Below are positions 1 through 10,088 of a DNA stretch of 64,000 bases, in pieces (position 1 is the stretch's first letter; every line of letters starts with the position of its first letter). The position numbers and the translations under genes are program-made. Source of the stretch: Diplonema japonicum (lineage: Eukaryota; Protista; Euglenozoa: Diplonemea); the NCBI GenBank assembly GCA_964019335.1, contig OZ025664.1, positions 1-64,000 on the forward strand, given 5' to 3'. The notes under the pieces are model-generated. The model had not been told where the DNA came from. It did no database searches and saw only the letters and a program-made list of their open reading frames with translations.

Positions 1-1014
1 GATGGTATAGTTGAGGGCGTCCTTCGGGACCTCGTCGTAGCCGTGGTAGTCCTGCCACAGGGCCCATATTCTGTCCACGTTCGCGTGGTGCACGAAGAAG
101 AGCGGGTCGTCGGGGCTCAGGTACGACCCCATGTGGCCGCTTACGTAGATGTGCGGGGCGGCGTGCGGGTTCCCCTCCAAGGCGGGGCGGAAGTTCCGGA
201 AGGCCGCGTTCGAGGTGATGATCGCCGAGATCTCCATCGCCCCTGCGAACCCGGCCCTGCCCCAGTTCCTGGACAGGCACTCCCCGTCCGACGCCGTCCA
301 CCCCGCCGCCACCCCCTCCGTCACGCAGTTGTCGGGCCAGCCCCCCACACCGCTACTCGTTCCGAAGGTCTTCGCCCTGAAGGGTGTGCTGAAGCGCTCC
401 TCCGCGTCGTCCCTCTCCCAGTCCCAGTACGGGACCGTCATGCACTCGAACCCGGGGAGGGAGCGCAGGGCGTTCTCGTAGCCGACCAGGAACCAGCGGT
501 GCCAGGGGAGGAAGGCAGAAGTCCAGTGCGCGTACCCTCCGTTGTTCCGGTGCAGCTGCGACAGGTCGTGGTAGTCTGTGGTATTCTCCGAGTGCAGCGT
601 CCGTACTGCCTCGATGAAGTGCTCCCTCTCCGTGCACGACAGCATGGACCACCCCTTCCTCACACGCGGCCCGCACCTGGTGGGGGGGCTGGGCGTCAAT
701 GGCGCATCGGTGGGGGGGCTGGGCGTCGCCGGCGCATCGGTGGGCGGGCTGGGTGTCGACGGCACATCGGTCTCGTTTGAGGTCTTCCCCCCGCCGCACA
801 CGCAGCACGCCTCGTTCGCCACGTGTTCGTTCCGGTGGCGAGAGCCGTACCACCCGCAGCGCTGCGCCACCGCACCGTACCAGTCACAACCAGTCTCGTA
901 AGGCTTGTCCACCCAGATCCCCCCGCCGGAGAGTCGCAGGTCGGTGCACTTTTCCGCTGCTGCTGCCCCGCCCGCTAGGCTCAGGATTAGCGCTAGAAGC
1001 ACCGAAGTATGCAT
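1..1014 (-). CDS. Secreted tyrosinase / type-3 di-copper oxidase with N-terminal Cys-rich module and Pro/Thr linker (3' end outside window)
   Basis: Manual translation from ATG at 1014: signal peptide MHTSVLLALILSLAGGAAA; Cys module CDWY..C..YG..ANEACCVCGGG; CuA-type AHWTSAFLPWHRWFLVGYENAL; TVPYWDW; CuB-type HAAPHIYVSGHMGSYLSPDDPLFFVHHANVDRIWALWQ. Absent from the ORF track because the frame runs off the window edge. Confidence 0.92.
   Translation of the reverse strand, partial: MHTSVLLALILSLAGGAAAAEKCTDLRLSGGGIWVDKPYETGCDWYGAVAQRCGWYGSRHRNEHVANEACCVCGGGKTSNETDVPSTPSPPTDAPATPSPPTDAPLTPSPPTRCGPRVRKGWSMLSCTEREHFIEAVRTLHSENTTDYHDLSQLHRNNGGYAHWTSAFLPWHRWFLVGYENALRSLPGFECMTVPYWDWERDDAEERFSTPFRAKTFGTSSGVGGWPDNCVTEGVAAGWTASDGECLSRNWGRAGFAGAMEISAIITSNAAFRNFRPALEGNPHAAPHIYVSGHMGSYLSPDDPLFFVHHANVDRIWALWQDYHGYDEVPKDALNYTI
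679..770. repeat. 30-bp tandem repeat (x3) encoding the TDAPxTPSPP linker of the tyrosinase
   Basis: ggtgggggggctgggcgtc...ggcgcatc units visible three times in a row. Confidence 0.9.
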
Positions 1015-1439
1015 TTTTTGTCTTTTTTTTTTTGTTTTTTTTTTTTGTTTGTGGGTGTATAAAAACCTGGTGGTGGTGGTGGGGATTCAAACAACCATGT
1101 ACGAAGAAAAAGAAGAGGAAACAAAAGAAAAAAATTACTTGAGTTAAAGGAGGCCGGTGTTGGCGGCGCCCTGCACAGGAAGGCGGAACCCACTCCCTTC
1201 GCTCGCGTAACCCGTGTAAAAAGGAACTAATCTTGTGACTAATTCATTATGAAAATAGTTCTTTATGACTATATGTCTTTGTTGTTAGCGAGATGAAGCT
1301 AACACTGGAGACTAACTCGAGGAAAACAAATAACCTGGAACGGGCGATCAATGAAAGTGCTAGCAAGATACATGTCACAGAGGCAACCTTAGATGCAGCC
1401 TTTGCTGTGAAACAGCAAGCCCGCTGCTTGGGTCATCGT

Positions 1440-1860
1440 CACAGCAGAATCCTCCTAAGCTCAAGGCGCTCCCTATGAAACCGCCGCTGCCTCCTGCACC
1501 AAAACCATGAGTACCAACACCTCAGCCATCCATGGGTATGGATAACTCTCCCCAGTCAGCCCCTTTATGACCCTGAGTCGTAACTCAAGCAACATGTTCG
1601 TCGTAGTCAGCACCCTAAAGGTGTACTATGATGGCTTTGATACCAGAAGCCCCTGTGGCAGGGTGGCCTTTTTTTTTGGAGTCTTTTGGAAACCCCTCCA
1701 ACACATTTATACCGTCGCAAACAAGATCCTAACGTGTGCATAATCTCCTCGTCCGCCTGACAAGCGATAACCTTCTCTGCCACGGTAGATCCAACTGTAC
1801 CAGCCCTTTAACCAATAGGGCCCTGCTAGCGAACTCATCATGCCGTAGACACTTCTTGCA
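1440..1860 (-). mobile_element. Possible highly decayed non-LTR retrotransposon RT fragment
   Basis: Frameshifted minus-strand peptides ALLVKGLVQLDLPW, EGFPK, LRLRVIKG/GADWG loosely resemble LINE/ingi RT motifs, with many stops. Confidence 0.25.
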
Positions 1861-2045
1861 CCATACAATTAAGATCCTGTCTTGTCCACATGTTGTTGGT
1901 AGGTATAAAGAAAAAAGAACTGAGGTAAAAATGAAAGCACGGACAGAAGAGGAAGGGGGGAAAAACACTACCACTAGGTCGGGGATAACATTAGTAAAAC
2001 CAATCTTATCGAGGTGATGATCGGGTGGGAAGGACTACGTGCCAC

Positions 2046-5009
2046 TTACTGTCGCTGGGGGGGCTTTGCTGTAACAAAGAGAGCAGTTGTAGGATGCGGT
2101 AGTGGTACTGTCTTTTTAAGGACAGGGTTCGGCAAGACTGTTTCGAGGTGCGATATGATGGGTTTCAATTCTAGGGAAGGTCGGAGGGTGGGGTCATTTG
2201 CTGTCTGGTACATGGAAATGTGGTTGTGTCGTGATTGGTATAAAGCGAGAAGAAGCTTCTGGGTGTCTGCAGTGCGCAGTCTGGAAGAGAGAGTTGCGCA
2301 TCTTGCATCGCTTTGCTGCAGTGCCCTTAAGCCGTTGAGATATCCAACTAAAGCAGCCTCTTCCACAGGGTGCGTGCTGTACTTCAATACGTCTCTAACG
2401 CTGTGGCCTTTACTGATCACTCTGCTAAGCACGTAACCCGCCAATGCCGGCACCTTAGTACTACGTACAACATCCATGGCCAGCCCGCTGCTACCGAGGT
2501 CAGCCAAAACGGTGATGTGCGCTAATGATGCTACTGACACACTTGTTTTAGGGTATAGCTCAGTCCCGACCAAATTCACGAAGTTTCTTTCCATGGCCGT
2601 TAAGGCACTCGAAACATTGCAATGCCTCATCACACTGGACCAACGCAACTCCATTGCCCGTTGCGTGAGATCTCTGGCACAGAGACTCAGGCAAGTAATA
2701 GCAGGTAAAGCGTCCTCCTCGCTGTCGTTTTGGATCATGGTGCTCAGGACATCTTTTGGAAGCACGTGAAGCGGGTTTTCGGCCTGTTCCTTGGCGCTAC
2801 CAAACTCAGTGCACCAAATTGCTTTCAAAAAGGTAACCCACATCACAGGCAATCCTGCCTCGTACCGCGCATATCTTTCTGCAGAACCACGCATCCCAAG
2901 CCCGTGCTTGCAGAGCATATTATAGTAAACGAACGAAAGCTTCAAGTGATGTTGGATTCCTTTGTGGATGACTTCGTCTGTGCCTTGCTTCCAAGCATCA
3001 GCTGTTGGTATACCAGGATGCACTGAACCGTCTCCGGTACGCAGGTCGAACGTTTCATCCGGATTGACGGCCTGCACCACGCCAGACACCCACCCAGCAC
3101 CTACTGGTACCTTCAATGTCACCTTGTCATTCTCACACAGCACAGCGGATTTCAGCGGTGTGTACAGCCCCTCAGCATTGATGTCACCATCTGCATCGAC
3201 AATGTTGTCCACATCGGTGAGGCATGCGTGCTGAAGCAAGATATCGTAGCACAACACGGGTGGTTCAGTGACTGAAGAGCCTAGTGAAACAAATTTAGCT
3301 TTTAACCCTTCTGGAGTAGTGGTGAAAGCACTTGCTAGTTGCCCAAGCTGCCGAGCAACAACGCGGCTGCCATCTGTCCCGGAGGGGGCATCAGTGCTGG
3401 CAACATCCAACACAGCGACGTAATCGCCCAACACGGACTCAACAAGGTGCGTCAGGTTTTCCTCGTACTTCGCTCTTTGCTCGGTGGGGCTGGGTATCTG
3501 ACGAGTGTGCACCTTGGGCACCCCATCCATCCATAAGACATGCCTGACCTGCCAATTCAAACACTCCAGCGTTGCTTTTGATGCTCGCAACTCGACACAT
3601 GACGAGCCCTCCGCCTCCGCCAACAACATGTCTGCGATAACAAGATACTGCGTGATATGCGACTTCAGTATCGACAGGGTTCCTACATCCTTATTCTCAA
3701 CATAAGTTCGCATCTCCATTGACAGCTCATTGATCTTTCCTTGTAACCAGTACAATATGCTCCGCAGGGTACTATAATCATCCTCGATGTTACAAGTGGA
3801 AATACACCCAACGATCAGCCTTGACAACCTGTTCTCGACCAGGTACTCCAAGAGAAGCTCGACCCCGTCCTGAGAATCTTCTGGAACTCCTATCAATCCC
3901 AGAGCAGCTTTCTTATCGCAGGTAAAAACTTCGAGCTCAGATATCTTCCTAAGGATGAGCTTGCTTTTGCAAATTATCTCAGCTGAGAATGCTTCCCCTG
4001 GAGAGGTTTTGAGGAAAACTTTCAAGGTTACATCCGTCATCGAGAGAGGCCCTGGCACCGCAGACACGCACAATGCTCCTTCACCCCTGAGAGCATGGTT
4101 CACAGCTGTCATATCAACGAAATCAGCAGCCCCCGCACGTTGCACTGCAGAAGCGTATAAGTCGCCTGCAGAGCCAACCTGTAGCAACAAATCAGTGCTC
4201 GTTGCAACGTCACCTTCGATCGTATAAATGTCGGAGTGCTTTTGTCCTAAAGGGATCTCAGAACGCATCTTGATGCCACTAGTGGGACACAGGGTGCACA
4301 GCACTGCGTGAGTTTTTCCCTCTTTCGTACCAGTAAGATAAACCCCGTTCTCTACGCAACGTGCTGCATACACCTTTGCAACTTCAAAGCCGTTGGCGGG
4401 TGGTTCGAATTTAACACACGATTCACGTGACCACAACACGCAAAACGAACCAGAGGACAGAGGAGACAAATGATGGGTCAAGAGGTCATGCTCGGGCGCG
4501 ATGGTGCATGCTGACGTCAGGACCGACAATGTTGGGTCGTAAGGAAGCGACGGACACTGCCATTCGGTGATGCTGACCTCTGCTGGGTGGGATCCCCGTG
4601 AGCTGAGAGACACCACAACAGGGACAGATGAACCAGTGATGATTTGCACCCCTTGATAGGGCGTCATAGACGTGGGAGCAAAAGGCATGTGAGCTTCCTG
4701 TACATCAAGGGGCTGCGCACCGTTCATGAAAGACACAATCCCACCACCACCAGATGTCTTGTTGAAAGCAATTGCCAACACATCGCCTAACATCCCAACA
4801 CCTTGCACATTGCTCTTTTCCCTTATTCTAATTTTTCTTTCACACTCCCCCACCACCACCAAAACTTCCTCGCTGTGAGGTTCCTCGAACACTGTTACCT
4901 CTTCCTTCCCTACGCCCCTTGTAACGTGCACTTTGCACGCCGTGTTCGAGCTCACTTTTTTACCAAAGGTCAGCTTTGCATCATCATTCACAACCGCACA
5001 GAGCGGCAT
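2046..5009 (-). CDS. 987-aa protein with ELYS-like domain (possible nucleoporin)
   Basis: Long ORF with a beta-rich N-terminus. Segment KLSFVYYNML..SAERYARYEAGLPVMWVTFLKAIW resembles the ELYS helical-domain pattern. Confidence 0.5.
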   Translation of the reverse strand: MPLCAVVNDDAKLTFGKKVSSNTACKVHVTRGVGKEEVTVFEEPHSEEVLVVVGECERKIRIREKSNVQGVGMLGDVLAIAFNKTSGGGGIVSFMNGAQPLDVQEAHMPFAPTSMTPYQGVQIITGSSVPVVVSLSSRGSHPAEVSITEWQCPSLPYDPTLSVLTSACTIAPEHDLLTHHLSPLSSGSFCVLWSRESCVKFEPPANGFEVAKVYAARCVENGVYLTGTKEGKTHAVLCTLCPTSGIKMRSEIPLGQKHSDIYTIEGDVATSTDLLLQVGSAGDLYASAVQRAGAADFVDMTAVNHALRGEGALCVSAVPGPLSMTDVTLKVFLKTSPGEAFSAEIICKSKLILRKISELEVFTCDKKAALGLIGVPEDSQDGVELLLEYLVENRLSRLIVGCISTCNIEDDYSTLRSILYWLQGKINELSMEMRTYVENKDVGTLSILKSHITQYLVIADMLLAEAEGSSCVELRASKATLECLNWQVRHVLWMDGVPKVHTRQIPSPTEQRAKYEENLTHLVESVLGDYVAVLDVASTDAPSGTDGSRVVARQLGQLASAFTTTPEGLKAKFVSLGSSVTEPPVLCYDILLQHACLTDVDNIVDADGDINAEGLYTPLKSAVLCENDKVTLKVPVGAGWVSGVVQAVNPDETFDLRTGDGSVHPGIPTADAWKQGTDEVIHKGIQHHLKLSFVYYNMLCKHGLGMRGSAERYARYEAGLPVMWVTFLKAIWCTEFGSAKEQAENPLHVLPKDVLSTMIQNDSEEDALPAITCLSLCARDLTQRAMELRWSSVMRHCNVSSALTAMERNFVNLVGTELYPKTSVSVASLAHITVLADLGSSGLAMDVVRSTKVPALAGYVLSRVISKGHSVRDVLKYSTHPVEEAALVGYLNGLRALQQSDARCATLSSRLRTADTQKLLLALYQSRHNHISMYQTANDPTLRPSLELKPIISHLETVLPNPVLKKTVPLPHPTTALFVTAKPPQRQ

Positions 5010-5083
5010 TTTTGTGTTCCTCTCCCTGTTTCGTGCATCGATGCAGACAAAATAAATGAATAAACATAAACACTAGGCTTACC

Positions 5084-5775
5084 TCATTCCTCGATGTCAT
5101 CTGGTTCTTCTTCATAATCTGCCTCCTTTTCATCAAAATCATATTGTTCAAGGATTTCGTTGTCAAGGAAGGCCCACTTGTCTTTCCCAGTTCTGTCTGC
5201 AAGCCCCCCGTCATAGTCAGCGTCTGTGTGGCGAATGTCCTGTGCTAGAGTGGCTGCTCTGTCTGCTTCTTCATCGTTGACAGTGTCACTTCGCGAGAAG
5301 TCGAATATGGGCCTCCAATTTGTAACGTTCCCAGGGTGCTCGGGTTTGTTGTGGGAGGGAAGGTCTTTTTTCAATCGTTCTCGGGCATCAAGATCGGGCT
5401 CAAGGATACTTTGAACTGTAAAGCGTGTGTTTGTGTTTCTTTCGCAATCATACCCAAGAATGACTTGTATTTTCCCCTTTTCGGTACTTTCTTGATCATT
5501 ACGACATCACCAACAACAGTGGCATTATCTTCATCGTGTGCCCAACACCGTTGAACCCGTGCCACAACTTTACCGAAATTCTTATATCTCACAAAGTACT
5601 TACATGCAACTATTGCAGTTCCCCTCAAGTTCTCAACCACAACTCCAATTTTTTCTTCATGATTCTGGGGCCTGTTGAACAGTATGTAATTGTGGTCCAC
5701 TTTCTCTTCACTGTCTTCGTACCACCTTGGGTACAGCAAGGGCATCCCTTTCTCAACATAAGGGCGCATCATCAT
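5084..5775 (-). CDS. Mitochondrial ribosomal protein uS17m-like (2 exons; intron 5416-5453)
   Basis: uS17 motif KIGVVV..TAIVAC..RCWAHDEDNATVVGDVVMIKK. A 38-nt GTATG..ACAG intron joins ORFs 5371-5778 and 5084-5374 in frame (KSFLVQSILEPDLDARERLKK). Confidence 0.8.
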
Positions 5776-5971
5776 CACAGTTTTGTTGCGAGGGATGTGA
5801 GCTGGCTTAAATGATTCACCGGGTCGTTGCCTGTAATTGTGTATTAACCGAGCTGTTAAACATACAAAAAATTGTCGCCCATTGGGTAACTTGACCCAAG
5901 TAGGTTGTTACTCCGACGTAGTGCACCCCGTGACATTTTCCCGCCCCACACCTGATAAAATTCGATAAAAA

Positions 5972-6044
5972 CACCTCCCGCGGGGCTCGAACCCGCGACC
6001 ACAAGGTTAAGGGCCTTGCGCTCTACCGACTGAGCTAGGGAGGC
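5972..6044 (-). tRNA. tRNA-Lys(CTT) with atypical C33
   Basis: Full 73-nt cloverleaf GCCTCCC..CAAGG-CCCTTAA-CCTTG..GGTTCGAGCC..GGGAGGTG, followed by a T5 terminator. Confidence 0.95.
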
Positions 6045-6341
6045 TTCCGGCTAACGATCGGGATATTGACTCCGCCAACCCGTGCACCTGTTTGGAACAG
6101 CCGAAGAGGGCTGAATTACTTTAATTCCAAGCCACTAGATGGGCCAGGGAAGGACTAGACACCGATCCCTTGAAGCCCTGAGGGGCCCCCTGCTGTAGTA
6201 AAAAAAAAAAAAAAAAAAGGTGACGTGGAAAGAGAAACGATAAAGTTTCAGCATGCATTGGGATGCTCACTGAAAAAAAAAGACGCAATCTCGATGCTCA
6301 ATTTCGATACACACTTTGCAATGAGATGTCCTAGAATTGTT

Positions 6342-7592
6342 CTAGATTGCTGCGAGAGCACATAGCACCACCAAAAGCCAAGAGGCACCGTTTACGGCAG
6401 CGTTCGAGTATTGCGATTCGTAAGATGTTAGTATTTTGTTGTTTTTGTCTAGGACTTCCACGACTAAATGCGTGGCGTTCAATGTGATCGCAGAGTAGGC
6501 AGGTTCCACACTGCCATAGCGCATCTGCCATTTTAGCTTACTCTCAACGTCGGCATTGTAGACGGCATCGACACCACCCTGTGCACCGCATGTTGCCCCG
6601 TCGGTTTTTCCAAAACTCCCAGTGAGGAGCGAGACCAGTTCTAATGGTTTTCCCCACTTTGATTTCGCACCAGGATCGGCCTTACTGGTCCCAACGAAGA
6701 GCTCCGTATTGTGGTCATGGCCTGAGATGTACATCGGGACCTTGTTCTGTAACAGTATGTTACCCACGCCAGTCATGACCGACTCTGGACCACCTCTACA
6801 GCCGTCTATATTCGTATTTGTCAACCCATGTTTTCCGATGCTAATCAAAGGGTGGTGCGCAAAGGGGATAACGAAGTCTTCAGTTGCATTTTCAAGGACG
6901 CTGTTGAACCATTTCCAGAAAGGTTCAATTGGTGGAACAGATTTCCCATGGCACATTGGACCCGTGGTTTTGTCAGGTGCGGGACAGTTCTGAATAAAAA
7001 TAGAATCAAAGGCCACAAATCGAACTGAGACTTTTTCGGTTTTGTAGGCGAATGTGTAGTAGTAAGAAGGGAGGCAAAACCTGTTGCGCTCCTTGGAAGA
7101 CGTGTACTCGATTTGTGACCTAGTTCCCTGGTCCCATGTCTCTTCTGAGTCTCCCGCGAGGTAGTTGTCTTCGTTCGGCTCCCAGTCGTGGTTCCCAAGC
7201 ACCCCATAAAAAGGGACGTCCAGCGAGCCGTTGGTGCCAGCAAACAAGTCATTGAAGGTTGTCTCCCACCTTGGAGAGGTAGTGCTGTTCACACCGTCCT
7301 GATAGAAGTGATCACCCACAGAGATCACGAAATGAGGCTGCAAGTTTACTGCGCGCACACCCATTGCATTTGCCATCTCCTGGGCCCTCGTGGAGTTGCA
7401 GTCATCGTGAACGCACCCCACCACACCCCAGTCCCCTACCGTCATGAACCTCAGCTCACTTCCTACGACGTTCTTCGTTCCCAAGTCGATGCCTGTTGTC
7501 CCTGCCTCTGCTGCAGGCCAGCAAGATAACTGTTCGAAAGCCATGTCGCCATGAATCAGCACAGCAAAAATAAAAGCACCGAGTTTCAACAT
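6342..7592 (-). CDS. Purple/tartrate-resistant acid phosphatase-like metallophosphoesterase, secreted, probably GPI-anchored
   Basis: Motifs GDWG, GDHFY.DG, GNHD, HH, SGHDH; N-terminal signal peptide; hydrophobic C-terminal tail. Confidence 0.9.
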   Translation of the reverse strand: MLKLGAFIFAVLIHGDMAFEQLSCWPAAEAGTTGIDLGTKNVVGSELRFMTVGDWGVVGCVHDDCNSTRAQEMANAMGVRAVNLQPHFVISVGDHFYQDGVNSTTSPRWETTFNDLFAGTNGSLDVPFYGVLGNHDWEPNEDNYLAGDSEETWDQGTRSQIEYTSSKERNRFCLPSYYYTFAYKTEKVSVRFVAFDSIFIQNCPAPDKTTGPMCHGKSVPPIEPFWKWFNSVLENATEDFVIPFAHHPLISIGKHGLTNTNIDGCRGGPESVMTGVGNILLQNKVPMYISGHDHNTELFVGTSKADPGAKSKWGKPLELVSLLTGSFGKTDGATCGAQGGVDAVYNADVESKLKWQMRYGSVEPAYSAITLNATHLVVEVLDKNNKILTSYESQYSNAAVNGASWLLVVLCALAAI

Positions 7593-8344
7593 TAAAAAGC
7601 TCTGCTAGAATTAAAATTAATACGTACTGGAAACAAATAAATGAAAAAGAAACAGAATGAGCATCCATCACCCACCTCTACTGCCTAAGGCAGGAGAACG
7701 TTGGGCACAGGTACTATAAAAAAAAGACAATTGAGAAGTGTTATCAACAACCCAAACCAATAAAAACTCGATTTATTTTTGCGGTGCGCTAGTTGGTGCC
7801 CACCGTGGACTGGGGTTCCTACACGTGCCTGTCACCATTTTGCGGCTGCATCTTGGAGTTGGCCGTCGGGGTGCCTTTCAGTGATGGATGGCATAAAAAT
7901 AATAAAGAGGCCACTTGCTAAAGACTCGCCCTGCCGGACAGCAGTCTACTTGATTACAGTGCTCCTCTGATGTGCTTTTTATATCTCCACCCCATGATAT
8001 CCACTCCAAAAAAGAAAAAAGAATGAAAAAATAACGGAAAAAAGAGGATAGACTAAAATGATAAATGATACCACGATGCACGTCAGTTGTAGCGCTTGCT
8101 TGAACGAGGTTAGTCACCTGCAGCTGTGTACCTAAAGCCACTGAGCCTGCTGCCTTCCAAGTCCGCGGTGTAATAGGTGCGACAAGTGCACAAAAACATA
8201 AAGAGGAGCTAGAGACGAGTGTAAATGCTACCGTAATAGCAGTGGCAATGGACAAGAGAGAACAAATATGTTCGCCAAACATACCTGAACCAACAATCCC
8301 TTGGCGATCAAAAGCCCCCTCTTGCCCCAGCCACTGCAGCACCC

Positions 8345-8553
8345 TGCTTAAAAAGAAAACCGGGCCGAAGAAATAATAACAATAACGAAAAGGAGTTACA
8401 AGGCTGGAAGCCACCAAAACATAAACATCTAAAATAGGAAGAAATAATGAAAAAAGAAAAGTAAAAACTTCCAACATCTGCCTTGCTTAAAAAGAAAACC
8501 AGGCAGGTGGGGAATGAAAGAAGTGTCTCGCTCTCTTAAGAAGAAAACCGGGC
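8345..8553. repeat. Three dispersed copies of a 19-21 bp motif (cttaaRaagaaaaccRggc)
   Basis: Copies at 8345-8365, 8484-8504 and 8535-8553. Confidence 0.8.
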
Positions 8554-8624
8554 AGATATGAATGACAGGCGGCAACAGGCTAGCATTAATGTTTACAGCG
8601 CAGTGGCAATAACCTTTCACCGTG

Positions 8625-9515
8625 TCACTCGATCAGAGGCAGCAAGACCGTGTCATGGATGTATCCGAAGGCTTCTGGGTCGTGACCGTCGAGGATGATG
8701 TCAAAAGACTCTTTGAAGGCAGGCAACTTGGAGAGGTCGTTGATGAGGCCTATCTTCACAAAGTGGTGTGAACCAGAGTCTTCCTGCCCGTATGGGTGAG
8801 ACTCGAGGACGTGCACGTCTGCAGGACGGTCACCCAGAACAAGTGTAATGTGTGCCGAACTAAGAGCAGAGTGCACTTCTGAGGGCGCATGGTGGAAGGC
8901 CTTGTGCTTCGTAGATGATGTAATAGGGTCCTCTTGAGGGTGGCTTGTGGATTCAGCGTCCAACGTGTTGGATATAATGTGCGGTGCAGGGAGGTGCCCG
9001 TGTTCTTTGTCAAACGCCCACCTCACTACATTGGTGATCCCCGCCGAGACCACCACAAAAGGGATGTTCTTCGTGTGGCATGTCTCATGGAAGTCTGCAA
9101 CACCAGGCCGCATAAGCTTTTTTGGGTGCGACACCACCGCACTTTTGATGTCATCGTCTTTAACGCTGTGCTTCTTCAGCAGCCTGTTGTACTGTCTCCA
9201 CCACTCTACCCCAGTCAGGTGCACTGGCCTCTTCTCTGCTTCGATCAAACTAATCTCGTCAAGCTCCTTCATGTCTTCTTTGAAGCTGGTGCTGAACACG
9301 TTGCTCCTTGCTACTAGGATGTGGCATTCGATGCTGTTCCCTATGGTCAGTGTTCTGTCAAAGTCCGACACGACAGCTAATTTTTTCCCAGTTTTTGCCC
9401 TGCACCTGGCAAGCAGGTCCTGGAACGAGGTAGACTGCCACAATACAGGCATGTTATTATTTCCTGTACTTGTGGTGGGCGTAGTACAAATAAAAGAGTC
9501 TAACCAAGTCATCAA
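8625..9515 (-). CDS. HAD-family pyrimidine 5'-nucleotidase (NT5C3/UMPH-1-like)
   Basis: HAD motif I VVSDFDRTLT, motif II VVSAG, motif IV LVLGDRPAD. True start may be the internal Met (MPVLW). Confidence 0.85.
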   Translation of the reverse strand: MMTWLDSFICTTPTTSTGNNNMPVLWQSTSFQDLLARCRAKTGKKLAVVSDFDRTLTIGNSIECHILVARSNVFSTSFKEDMKELDEISLIEAEKRPVHLTGVEWWRQYNRLLKKHSVKDDDIKSAVVSHPKKLMRPGVADFHETCHTKNIPFVVVSAGITNVVRWAFDKEHGHLPAPHIISNTLDAESTSHPQEDPITSSTKHKAFHHAPSEVHSALSSAHITLVLGDRPADVHVLESHPYGQEDSGSHHFVKIGLINDLSKLPAFKESFDIILDGHDPEAFGYIHDTVLLPLIE

Positions 9516-9615
9516 TTGACCAGCCTACCCAGGAGAAAAAAAAGGAAAATAAGTGGTAGAATAGAGTATTGTTATGGTATAATGCTATAGAACAGCTGTG
9601 TAAGTTCTCCTATGG

Positions 9616-10088
9616 TCATCCTGCGTTACTTGACTCCCACAAATACTTTAGCAGTTTTTTTAGCATCATGAAGCCAACGCATATCACAGCCACGAACCAC
9701 GTCCCGCAGTGCCTGCGTATCTTCGTCAAAAAGCTTTCTGTGAAAAGTGCATCGGGGTGGCTGTTGCCGTATAATTGAGCCAGCAACTCGGGGTTTTGAG
9801 AAAAGTTGGTTGGTTGGTTTCTTTGGGGTATTGAGGGGTATGTGGTGTTGGCTATGCTGCGTAACCTCTGCAGCCCATGCTCTCTCCCTGTCTGTTGTCC
9901 AGGCACTGACGACACTGGTCTCTCTCGATTTGCTTTCTTTCTGTAACTAAGCGCGTCCGCCTCTGGCCTGCGAACTACGGCCTCCTTCATGCTTGGCTGC
10001 GGTGCAGCCTGCTTCTTGGATGGTCGAGGTTCCTGTTTTCTATATTTTTCCTCGGCCGTCTGCTTCAGTTGTGCCAAGCGAGACATTT
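9616..10088 (-). CDS. Hypothetical protein with C-terminal transmembrane helix
   Basis: Co-oriented ORF; hydrophobic segment WFVAVICVGFMML; start uncertain. Confidence 0.5.

Noticed and set aside
7878-8477. 199-aa hydrophobic ORF
   Set aside because: Non-ATG start, T-rich UTR-like composition, no motif
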